DNA from: Mantamonas sphyraenae STR306
Taxonomy: Eukaryota > Protista > CRuMs
DNA: 64,000 bases
Reading direction: 5' to 3'
Assembly (NCBI GenBank): GCA_026936335.1
Contig: JAPMXV010000004.1
Span: 248,001 to 312,000 of the forward strand
The position numbers were made by a program, and so were the translations under genes. The notes below the pieces were generated by a model that was given only the letters and a program-made list of their open reading frames with translations, made no database searches and was not told the DNA's origin. This document shows positions 1 to 10,211 of this stretch, one piece after another. Every line of letters begins with the position of its first letter. Positions within the stretch are counted from its first letter, which is position 1.

Positions 1-713
1 GATCCGGAGACGTCGCTGTCCTCAGTTTCCTCTTGTTGCTCTTGTGCTTCCTGATGCTCTTTGAGCTCTTGCATCATCTTGCGCTTGGCTCTCTTGCCCC
101 GTCCGCGAAGCATGGCCTTGCGCTTCATCTCTTCGTGCGCCTCCTCCGCCGCCTGCCTGTCCAGACGCTTCTTGCGTGCACTCTTGAACTGCAACGAATT
201 GCGGACGGCGTTGTGGCGGTTGTGGTAGCGCACATAGGCCGTAAAGTACTGGATCAGCGACACGAGAATCGCAGCCACCACTGCCACGCTGTACACACTG
301 TGCTGCGCCCCGTAATGGGCTGGATAGCGCGTGTCGTTCACACCAAACGACCAGTCCATGGGAAGGTCTTCGGGCTCCCGCCCATACGTGGACAGGTGGT
401 CGTACCGCCGACGCAGCGTCGGGTCGAGCAGGATGTCCTTGGCGTCGGCCAGGTCCCGAAACATGGCCGTGGCGCTCTTTGAGTTCTGCGCCTTGTCTGG
501 ATGGTGCAGCTTGGACTTTTTCCGGTACGCTCGCTTGATCACGTCTGGCGCCGCCTGTCTGCTGATCCCCAGCAACTCATACAGCGACTTGTGGTGCCGT
601 GTGTGGATCTCCATCAGTTTCCTGCTGTCCATGTGCGCCTCTGCGCCGCCTGCACACACACACACAACCACCAACAGGGCTACCAAGATCTTCCACGACG
701 ACAACGCAAGCAT
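1..713 (-). CDS. ER-type DnaJ (J-domain) membrane co-chaperone, DNAJC1/DNAJC25-like; 3' end runs off the window
   Basis: Manual translation from ATG 713: signal peptide MLALSSWKILVALLVVVCVCA, J domain SLYELLGIS..IKRAYRKKSKLHHPDK..DPTLRRRYD, then a TM segment; frame is open to position 1. Confidence 0.85.
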   Translation of the reverse strand, partial: MLALSSWKILVALLVVVCVCAGGAEAHMDSRKLMEIHTRHHKSLYELLGISRQAAPDVIKRAYRKKSKLHHPDKAQNSKSATAMFRDLADAKDILLDPTLRRRYDHLSTYGREPEDLPMDWSFGVNDTRYPAHYGAQHSVYSVAVVAAILVSLIQYFTAYVRYHNRHNAVRNSLQFKSARKKRLDRQAAEEAHEEMKRKAMLRGRGKRAKRKMMQELKEHQEAQEQQEETEDSDVSG

Positions 714-796
714 CTCGGGGCAATGGCGTGTGTGGATGGACTGGGGAAAGGGTGGTTGCTTTGGCGCAGTTGCCGAGTCACTCATTCATTTCGAAA

Positions 797-2753
797 TCAC
801 AACACGAGCATCATGCCACCAGCACTGTGCACAGGCTGCGACACTTCGTCCTCCTGCTCTTGTTCCTCCTCGCTTTGCTGCTGCTGCTGCTTCTGCTGTC
901 CGCCGTCCTGCTCGCCGTCGTCCTCCACGCTGAGCGGATCGTCCTCGCCAAAGGCCAGCTTAGTGGCCGGCTTGTCGCTGCTCATCAGGCGGCCCACCGT
1001 CTCCTCCAGGGCCATGGCGTTGTTCTCTGCCGCGTTCTCTGCGTCCATGCCGTTGGTGCTGAGGAAGGCCTTGGCCTTGTTCGGGCCAGAGCGGATTTCC
1101 ACAGCCACGTCGTTGTTCCTGTTCTCCTGCTGTGCCTGCGCCGACGGCTGCTTGCTCTTGGGCAACACACGCAGTGCACCCGTGCTCAGGCCTCCAAACA
1201 CCTTCTTCTGGCTGCCACCAGCCTGGGCAGCGCGCCTTGACTTGCGGATGGTTTCGCGCAGCGACGACGACGACGACGGCGTCTTGCTCTTGCGTGCACT
1301 CGATCCCACCTTGGCGCCTCCTGAGGCGCTCTTGGAGCTGGAACGCAGCGCCATCTTGATTTTCTGCATGCTGTCGGGCTTGACGTACAGGCCGGCGTAT
1401 GCCTGCAGGCTCTGCTGCTCGATGCTGCCACGCACGGCGTCCCACATACCGTCAAGGTGAAGCAGGGCACGTTTGCCAGCGGTACGAGTCACGCTCTCCT
1501 TGCCACACACCAGCGTGGCCAGACAGAGCACCAACGAGTGCACAAACTCTTCCTGGGCCTGGAGAGTGTCCACCACATGTGCGTTGCGACGCTGCGGAAG
1601 CACACTGAGGCAGTCCTGCATCAGCTGAGCCACACAGGCAACCACTTTGCTGTTGTTGTGTTCGCTCTCGTGAACCAGCGCCTGCAGCGCCTCCACGCTC
1701 GGATATCCCGTCACCAGCGAGTTCATGGCCTTCATGGCCTCGTCCCGGATGAACCGCTTGTCGTTGATGGCCCGCATCAGCAGAGGCGGAAGCACACGGT
1801 CCACAGCCACGTGCTCGCCCAGCTGCGTGCACACATCCTGGTAGCACAGAAGCGAGATCTTCACAATCGACGACCTCAGGCTCACCACAGTCGACTCCAG
1901 TGTTTCGCAAATGTGTGTGCTGCACAAACGGGCGTGGGTGGGTTCATGCAGAGTTAGCACCATTGGTTGTTGCTCGTGTGTGCTTGTGCGTTTTCTTCAG
2001 GCCGTGCCACTTGGTTGTTCGTTGGCCGCCCTTTTGCCGCTCGAATTCGTGATCGGCCGCAACTTACATGTCTTCGGCGCTCAGTGCGTCACCGTGGTGC
2101 ACCGCAAGGCGGCGAAAGTTGTTGATGGCCTTGAACTGTTTCGACCAATCTTCGTGCGAAGCGTAGCGCAACGCCAGCTGTGGGAGTGCATGCAGGGCGG
2201 GGCCAAGCTGTCAGCGAAAAATCCGTTGGTGGGCAAGATTCAAAAAGGGCGCGGAAAAACCTACTCGCAGCTCTTTGCTCGGGTTCTCCATGCTCTCCAG
2301 CTTGTCGCTGGCAATGTACTCCTCAGCAATAGTCACACTGGTTGCTTTCTTGGCCGACGACTTTGGTGTGGCTGTTGTGCGCTTGCTGCTGCGCGGCGTT
2401 TGGCGCGACGTGCGGCGCTTGCTAACCAAGGGCGTGTGCAGCCCCGACGCATGAGTCGACGACGACGATCCAATCGAGGACGACGACAGGGAAGGTGTTG
2501 TCGATGAGCCGTTCGATGACGACGACAAAGACGACGACGTGCCGCCTCCCATGCTGCTCCCCAGCACTCCGCTGCTGCGATCTGACGGCCGAAACGGCAC
2601 GCGGCGCTGCTTCAGCGGCTGCGGCGACGAATGTGTGCTCTCCTCCTCTCCCTCCAGCTCAAACTTGCGCTTTGGCTGGTTTTTGCTCGCCTGTCGCTTG
2701 CTCTTTCGTCGTGCACCTCCCGATGCAGCGCTGGCAAAGGCAAAAGACGACAT
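797..2753 (-). CDS. CLASP-N/TOG domain microtubule-binding protein (TOGARAM/FAM179-like), 3 exons
   Basis: Exons ~2753-2265, ~2178-2068 (HEDWSKQFKAINNFRRLAVHH), ~1920-797 (SLRSSIVK..DKRFIRDEA HEAT repeats); GTAGGT/GTAAGT donors. Confidence 0.7.
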
Positions 2754-2899
2754 GATGCGAATCGGCTGGCGTGTTTTGCTTGGCTCCGTCGCCGCCTGCA
2801 TTTCCCATCCCATCTCACTTTCCCCACTCCGTTCCCACATGCAATCCATTGTGGAACCATTGTTGCGCGCACTCTTTTGCAAAATACAGTACTGTAGCC

Positions 2900-4000
2900 T
2901 CACAGGCGAGCCTTGAGCTGCTTGTGTTGACGCAAGCGCTGGTTGCGCAAGGCCACACTGCAGTGCGACGGGATGAGATGCCAGCGCACGCCGTACTTCT
3001 CTTCCAGGGCTGTTTTTGCCTTCCACATTTGGTGGAGGCTGCCCAGCGTCTTCATGTAGCGCGTCCAGCTTGGAAAGATCAACGCGGCCAACCTCATCGG
3101 CGGCCGCAGCTCCTCCAGCGCCTTTGTGCTCCAGCACGCATCGGCCACAAACAGTGCACGATGTCGCACATCCGCCTGCTCTTCCGTGCTTTCCTCTCGA
3201 ATGTCCTCCATCTCCACACTCATGCCCAGGTGTCCGTGGGCGTGGCCACCCAGCCCCAGCAGCAGCATGGATCCGTCTCCAAACACATCGACAGCCCTCT
3301 GTCCTTCCAATGCACCGTGGCTCTCGTCCAGCTTTGTCGACACAAATGCAAACCCCTGTGGCAGCTGCATGCTGCCCCGTTTCCTCAGCAGCAGCTTGCC
3401 CTCCTCCAGATCCAATGGAAGCGCACGCTGTTCAAAATCTGTGGGCAGAAGCGAGTGCAAGAAGCCATTGCGCACCCGCCCTGCTCGACTGCAGTTCATC
3501 AGCTCTTCGTAGCCGGCTGCGTCAAAGATGAACTTGGCCCGCCGAAACTGGCGTAGGCCTGCGATGTGATCGGCGTGAAAGTGGGAAATGACCACAGCCA
3601 CGACTTGGGATGTATCCAAGCCCATTGCTTCCAACTGTTCGGCGGCAGAGTCGCCCGGCGCCACGTACGCAGGCGTCAACCACGCGTACAGGCTGCCACA
3701 CACCCAACACCCCACAGTGTCAGTACACGTGTCCAGCGCCCCCCTTCCCCCTTTCCTTCCTGTCCCTTTCCATCGACAAAAGCACCTTTCAGGGAACGTC
3801 CGCGTGGCGGTGTGGAACAGCGAAGAGTAGCCCGTGTCAAAGAGAACAACGCCTGCACTTGGGTGCCGCAAGACAGCAAACAGCGATGGGAAGCGCACAG
3901 AGGACCAGGATCCTCCTTCGATGGTGCTTCGCTCCACATGCGTGCAGTATCCTGCCTGCAGCACCTGCACATGCAACGCCACGCGGTCCGGCGATGACAT
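2900..4000 (-). CDS. Metallo-beta-lactamase-fold hydrolase (AHL-lactonase-like group), one intron 3693-3785
   Basis: LFDTGY, SHFHADHIAG (HxHxDH), GHAHGH, VADACW, PSH motifs. Confidence 0.85.
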   Translation of the reverse strand: MSSPDRVALHVQVLQAGYCTHVERSTIEGGSWSSVRFPSLFAVLRHPSAGVVLFDTGYSSLFHTATRTFPERCFCRWKGTGRKGGRGALDTCTDTVGCWVCGSLYAWLTPAYVAPGDSAAEQLEAMGLDTSQVVAVVISHFHADHIAGLRQFRRAKFIFDAAGYEELMNCSRAGRVRNGFLHSLLPTDFEQRALPLDLEEGKLLLRKRGSMQLPQGFAFVSTKLDESHGALEGQRAVDVFGDGSMLLLGLGGHAHGHLGMSVEMEDIREESTEEQADVRHRALFVADACWSTKALEELRPPMRLAALIFPSWTRYMKTLGSLHQMWKAKTALEEKYGVRWHLIPSHCSVALRNQRLRQHKQLKARL

Positions 4001-4055
4001 GGTCTTGCCCTTTCCTGCGCAAGGCACTCCACACCGCCACAGCGACACAGCGACC

Positions 4056-7009
4056 ATGTCTGAGAGCCGTGAGACGCTGGCTCAAACCATTGCCCTGCTC
4101 AAGGAGCTCAGCGCAAACACCATGGAACAGCTGAACCGAAGCATGGAGCTCAAGGAGCAACTGGAAGAACAGCGGCTCGAGGAGAGCAGCCAGCAGAGCA
4201 GCAGCCAGCATGGCAACAGCACAGCCGACTCCACTGCCGAGTCGGGCGCACAATCGTCCACGACATCAGACGCAAAGTCCCTCGCCGTGCGCAGGCTCGA
4301 GGCAAAGTCCTTGGCCCTCGACGCTTCCATCAACCTGGAGACACTCAAGTTCGGGCTTGTGGAAGAACACGTGGCCACCCTGGCCAATCTGGGCGACTTG
4401 GACACCATGGAGACGCCCGAAAAGATGCGCTTGAAGACCTTTCTTGTGTCCCTCAACACAAACAAGGACGTGCAGGCCCTGTACGAGGCCCAGGTTGCCG
4501 CCCAGTCGGCTGTGATGGATCTCGAAACTGGCAGCCTTTCCGACGACCTCGCCTCCCCGTCCTCCTCCTCCTCCTCCTCTTCCTCCCCGTCCATCAACGA
4601 GGCCATGAGCATGCGTGTCAAGAGGCAGCGTGACCAGCAGATGCGCAACTTGGGCAAGCTGCGCCGTCAGGTATGTCTCCTCCACGCCTGTGCCAAGGGA
4701 GGGTCATTCCCATCCGCCAGAAGCGCTGCCAAGACTTGCTCGGCATTCCACCTCTCGCCCTCTGCCTCGTTGCAGCTCATTCAAACCACTGCCCCTCCCG
4801 CCTTGCAGTGCATCGCCTGCTGACACACACCATACACCCTCCCTGCACCCCCCCTCCTTGGAACACTCGGCCACCCTATCCACAGCTCGGCTCCGTGCTC
4901 AACAACCAGCGATCCCAGTCCTACGTGGAGGAACTGATCCGCGACACACAATCCGAAGAGTTCCAGGACATTGCTCGCTTCCTGAATGCGTTTTACAGCG
5001 ACGCAACGCCGTCCAAGCCCGACGACGTGCGCGAGTTTATCGAAGACACCAGCGCGCGCATCTACCACAAGTACCACCACTTGGGCTCGGACCTGGGAGG
5101 CGAGAGCCGCCGCCTGCGCAATCTCAGCGTGTTTGCCCAAAACGACGGCGACGAGGAGGAGATGGAGATCAACAACATTCAGATCGCCCTCGAGAACTAC
5201 ATCTTTCCGCAGATCTACAGCAAGTGTGTGGAGCTGGTCAAAGATGACCGTCGTGATCGCCTGCTTGCTGACCAGTGCCAGGCCTTTGCCACGGTGACCC
5301 AGGAACAGATGCGCATCCCGAAAAAGGTGCGCAGCAAGGAGATTGTCCCGTTTGCCATGCCCATTGCCGTCCTCCGCTCCACATACTTCAGCATGACCCC
5401 CACCAAGATGCTCTACAGCATCCTCAACGCTGCACAGAGTGTCATGAATACCGTGGCCGAGCAGAGCGGCGGCAAGGCCGTGGTCGGTGGCGACGAGTTT
5501 ATGGACCTGTGGATCTTTGTCACCCTCAAGGCACACCCCAAGAACCTGGCCACAATGATCAATTTCATCAGTCAGTACGGCCTCACAGCTCTCATGACCT
5601 CCGAGCTGGGGTACTACTTCACCTGCCTCGAGCTGGCAAGCAACTTCATTGCCGAACTCAGCGAGGACAAGCTGGTTGAGCTGGAAAACGACGTTGCCAC
5701 ACGCAAGCTGTGTGTCGTCGAACGCCACAAGTACCTGCAGCTGGCCGCCAAGGAACCCTATCTCGACCTTGTCGACGAGCACGCCACGCTCAAGGGCTAC
5801 CGCATCCACGTCGTCACCGACTGGATGTGGAACCCGTCCCGCTTCTACACCACCCTCGTGGAGCACACGGGCAACGACGACGACGAGGTGGCCGTCGCTG
5901 TGCTCCAGGTCAGCCGAAACACGACACGCAGGCAGCGCCAATTCCTCAGCGATCTCTTGTTTGAGCCGCGCAACCCTGCCTTGCAAAGCGTGGACACAGA
6001 ACATGGCGCCCTCCTCGTGTGTGACATGGACAAGCTGTCCACCATGCTCGAATCAGCCACAGCCGAAGACGTCGCTGCCGTAGGCGTCCCCGAAGGCACA
6101 TTTGCAGCCGCAGATACCATCAAGTCGCTCAACAGCGTCGTGGCCATCGGACACCGCGACTTTGACGAGGTCCACGACACCATTGCTCTCTTTCTGACCC
6201 TGCAGCGCCTGGGCTGCACCGCGCTGCACGACGACGATGGCCTCACGGCTCTCGACGTCACCCTCACTCCGGCTCACATGCACAGCTTCCTCGCCACCTA
6301 TCTGGGCCAGCCAGCATCGGGGCAGGAGCAAGGACAGACAGAGGACAAGAAGGAGGGCGATTCGCTGGACGCCGACCAGCTCGAATTCCTCTCTGAAACC
6401 GTGCTTCAGTTTGTCACGGGCCTGCAGATCATGCTGCGCCACCTCCACTACTACCCATTCTTTGCAGAGACCACCGGCAGCTATGACGACCTCACTCGCA
6501 ACGCCGTCTCTCTGTTCCAAACCGATCTGGCAAAGCACAGCGATGCCTGGGCCGCGGCTGCTGCCCGTCAGCAAGACCGCATCGCCCAGCGCCAGGCCAA
6601 GGGTTACACTCCAGGGCACGCCGCCGAGGAGAAGCTGACCAAGAAGCAGCAACCGTCTAGCGATAGCAGCAACAGCAACAGCAGCACTGCAGGCGATGCC
6701 GCTGACGCTGCTGGGGAGACCACAGACACGTCGTGGGCCTCGGGAATGATGACTGCTGAGTTGTACCAGGCACTGTTGGACCGCTTCGGCTTCCTGCAGC
6801 GCCAGCTGGACCTGTGCGGGTATGCAGCCAGCAGCCTTCCGCTTATGGAGCCCCAGCTGCTCACCGCAGTCATCCAGGAGTTTCAGAACGACAGCTTGCT
6901 GATGTTTGCAGACGGCACGGCGGGTGCAAAGACCATGAAGGAGCTGGAAGAGGTGTTGGAGGAGAATGACAGCAGCAGCGGCGGCGAAACATCAACCTCA
7001 GCCTCCTGA
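4056..7009 (+). CDS. VPS9-domain Rab5 GEF; intron ~4671-4885
   Basis: MTPTKML..ILNAA, GGDEFMDLWIFVTLKAHPKNL, SELGYYFTCLELA: VPS9 signature; N-terminal coiled coil. Confidence 0.85.
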
Positions 7010-8042
7010 GTTGGACGTGCCGTTCGTCTGCCCGCTCGTCTCTGCACCACAGTTCTTCGCATACGTCGCCTCAATAAACTTGCGCCTGTTTTGCGAAATC
7101 TCGGTGTTGTTCTTGCGATAGTAGGGCAGGTACAGCAGCTGGAACTGCGAAGGATCCTCCACCGGCGCCTGCAAGTCGTCCATGAGCGAGCGCAGTGCTC
7201 GCTGCTTGACCCGTGTCATGGTAAGCACTTCTTCGTCGTCATCATCATCATCATCATCGTCGCCCTCGTCATCGTCATCGTCATCGTCATCGTCGTCGTC
7301 CTCGTCGTCCTCGTCGTCGTCCTCCTCCCCTTCCTCCCTCCTCCTCCTCCCCCTCCCCTGCGTCCTCGTTCACGGGGCGTCTTCGCTTGCTACCCAACAA
7401 CACGCCCAGGTCGTTGTCATCTGTTTCGCCGTCGTCGGCATCGCCCAGCGCCTCACGACGGGCCTGTTCGTGTGCTGCGTGTGCCTCTGCGTCGTACAGC
7501 GGTCGCTGTACGCTGAGCATTGTCTCGTCCATGGGAAGGTCAAATTCCATGTCTCTGCTCTCGTGGTCTGCGCTCTCGCGGTCTGCATCCACCTCTGTGG
7601 AGGTGAAAAAGCCCACCGCCGCCGAGTTGTCAGCCACCTCGCCCAGCGTCATCACACGCTGTTCCAGCATCTGTGCGTACGCCACGCTGTCCTCCAGATT
7701 GCCTCCGTTGAGAGCACGGTGCATCAGATGCAGCATCAGGTTTGTTTCGTGCAGATACTTGTCAATGTGTTCCTTGTGAAGCTGCGCAACGGGCGGCAGT
7801 GGCGCAGGCAGCGACGGACGAGGATGATCCGCTTCAGCCGACGCCGACGCAGTGGTTGACGACGAAGACGACGAAGAAGAAGACGAAGACGAGGCTGACG
7901 ACGACGACGAAGACGAAGACGTGCCATGCCGTCCTTGCCGTTCCTCGCCACCCACTACGGCCTGGTTCACCGTACGCTCCGAAAACGTGTGGCCGTCGCT
8001 GGTTTCGGCCAGAACAAACTGGAGCGCTGGACGACTGTTCAT
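6998..8042 (-). CDS. SSXT-domain protein (SS18/GIF-like BAF subunit); apparent +1 frameshift at ~7337
   Basis: EHIDKYLHETNLMLHLMHRALNGGNLEDSVAYAQMLEQRVMTLGEVAD matches the SSXT consensus; removing one base restores an acidic tract that joins ORF 6998-7228. Confidence 0.65.
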
Positions 8043-8165
8043 TGTTGGGGCCACGCGCGCAGCCGACAATCCACATGCACACGTGCAGGCAGTGGCAAAA
8101 TGCCCCTTGCTGCTGCCTCGTACTCCCACACCGTGCCTGCTGGCACCCCCCCTCCCACGTTCGCC

Positions 8166-8471
8166 TCACTTCTTCGGCGGCTTTGGCTTTGTGCGGTTGG
8201 CAAACAGGAAGAAGCACACCAGCAGGGCGCCATACAACGCCATTTTGCCGGTCACCTTGGGCATGCTGGCCGATACCGTCTTCAGCAGCGCCTGCAGCCA
8301 TCCACGCACTGGTTCTGGAAGGATCGAGATTGCCCATGCCACCGCGGCCATCACCGCCCCTCCCGACTTGACCACCTCCTTTGAGCTGCTTTCCTTCTTC
8401 TCCTCCACAGCCCCGTCTGCCTTGCTTGCCTCGCTCGCACTGCTTTTGTCGTCACTGGACACCTGGGACAT
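8166..8471 (-). CDS. Small hypothetical membrane protein (101 aa)
   Basis: ATG-initiated ORF filling the intergenic slot; two hydrophobic segments and a basic tail; divergent from the next gene by 51 bp. Confidence 0.55.
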   Translation of the reverse strand: MSQVSSDDKSSASEASKADGAVEEKKESSSKEVVKSGGAVMAAVAWAISILPEPVRGWLQALLKTVSASMPKVTGKMALYGALLVCFFLFANRTKPKPPKK

Positions 8472-8522
8472 CTGGTTTCAAGCTGGCCACGCAGGTGCGC
8501 CAGCCTCACCAACCGTACAACG

Positions 8523-10208
8523 ATGTCCACCAACGACAAGGCCGTGTCCTTCAAGAACCAAGCCAACGAACAGTACAAAGCCGGCAAGTACAGCGAAGCC
8601 GTCACTCTGTACCAGCAGGCCATTGGTAGGACACGCCGACTTCCGCCGCCCTCGCCGTCCGGACACCCAGCCGCCGTTTCCTTTTTCCGCCGCGCCACAC
8701 AGCACACTGACCCTCTCCACGGGCACCCAAAAACCCGGTTCCCCTCTTTTGTCTCTGTGTGTGTTGCAGACGCCGATCCGTCCTGGGCCACTGTATATTC
8801 CAACAAGGCCGCTGCCCTGGTCATGCTCCATCGCTACACGGAAGCCATCGAGGCCTGCCAGCAGAGCCTGGAGCTGGAACCCGGCGCCGTCAAGGTGCTT
8901 GTGCGCCTTGCCAAATGCCACATGCACTCTCTCGACCTCCAATCTGCACACTCCGTCCTCACCTCCGCCGAGGAGGCTGACAACACCAATGCCTCCGTGA
9001 CCGAGACTCGCGCCACCCTGGACGCCCTCCAAGCTGCCCTCAAGTCCCCCATGGCCACCATTCTTGATGCACAGAACATGGATGCAGACGCCATGCAACA
9101 GGAGGACACGGGTGCCTATCTCGTCGTGCCAGCCGCTCTCGTCACCATTTGGAAGCCGCGCACCCTTTCCGGTTCCCAGCTGCTCGAGGTCACCCAGCAA
9201 CTGCAAGAGGCACACCAGACTGCTCCCGACGGCGTTCTTCTGCGCCTCCTTCTTGCACGCGCACACATCGCACAGGGGCTGTATGATCCGGCCTACGACC
9301 TCATCCGTTCCCTTGTCGAACCTGCAATCGATGCACATGCCGAGCACAGGTTGCACATTGCCTTTGTCGCCGCCCACGCCTGCTTCCTCAACAAGATCGA
9401 GGATGCCACGCCTTACACAGAGATGCTCCTGCACGACGACCAGGCCCTCGGTGTCGCCCAGGAGCTGCAGGACCACCTCGACTCTCTCGTGGCCATCAAG
9501 AAGCAAGCCAACGACTCCTTCCGAGACCACGACCTCGACGCTGCCATTGCCAAGTATTCCGACTTTCTCAACGCCCAGCTCAATGCCATCATCCTCTCCA
9601 ACCGCGCCCTGTGCTACATCATGCAAAAGGAGTTTGACGTTGCCATTGAGGACCTGGACCAGTCCCTCCGTGTCAACCCTCACTTTCTCAAGTCTCTCCT
9701 CCGCCGTGGCGAGGCCTACGAAGCCCTCGGCGACTACCAGCACGCCGCTGCAGACTACAACGCCGTCCTCGCCCACAAGGGCAAGGAGTACGCCGCCTTC
9801 CACCCGTCTGCCCGTCAGCACTCCTTCCTTATGGCCAAGAAGCAGCGCCAGGACAACGGTGCAAACGTACGCGACGTCTCTGCCCTCAAGGGTGTCCATG
9901 AAATTGACGACGAGGACGATCTGCAGGAGATTGTCGACAACGCAGACGGCCTCGTCGTCATCGACTTTTCCGCCTCCTGGTGTGGGCCCTGCAAAGCCAT
10001 TGCCCCCGTCTACCATGAGCTTGCCGACCAGCTCAATGGCAAGGCTGCTTTTCTCAAGGTCGATGGCGACGAGGAGCCTGAAGTCACCGCCAAATACCGC
10101 GTCCGCGCCTTTCCCACCTTTGTCTTTATCAAGTACGGCCAAGAGGTTGCCCGCTTCAGCGGCGCAGACACACAGCAGCTCTATCGCCTCGTGCAGCAAC
10201 ACATGTGA
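8523..10208 (+). CDS. TPR-repeat + C-terminal thioredoxin protein; intron ~8626-8769
   Basis: TPR motifs (KNQANEQYKAGKYSEAVTLY; LSNRALCY; LLRRGEAY) and IDFSASWCGPCK..VRAFPTF. Confidence 0.9.
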   Translation: MSTNDKAVSFKNQANEQYKAGKYSEAVTLYQQAIGRTRRLPPPSPSGHPAAVSFFRRATQHTDPLHGHPKTRFPSFVSVCVADADPSWATVYSNKAAALVMLHRYTEAIEACQQSLELEPGAVKVLVRLAKCHMHSLDLQSAHSVLTSAEEADNTNASVTETRATLDALQAALKSPMATILDAQNMDADAMQQEDTGAYLVVPAALVTIWKPRTLSGSQLLEVTQQLQEAHQTAPDGVLLRLLLARAHIAQGLYDPAYDLIRSLVEPAIDAHAEHRLHIAFVAAHACFLNKIEDATPYTEMLLHDDQALGVAQELQDHLDSLVAIKKQANDSFRDHDLDAAIAKYSDFLNAQLNAIILSNRALCYIMQKEFDVAIEDLDQSLRVNPHFLKSLLRRGEAYEALGDYQHAAADYNAVLAHKGKEYAAFHPSARQHSFLMAKKQRQDNGANVRDVSALKGVHEIDDEDDLQEIVDNADGLVVIDFSASWCGPCKAIAPVYHELADQLNGKAAFLKVDGDEEPEVTAKYRVRAFPTFVFIKYGQEVARFSGADTQQLYRLVQQHM

Positions 10209-10211
10209 CCC

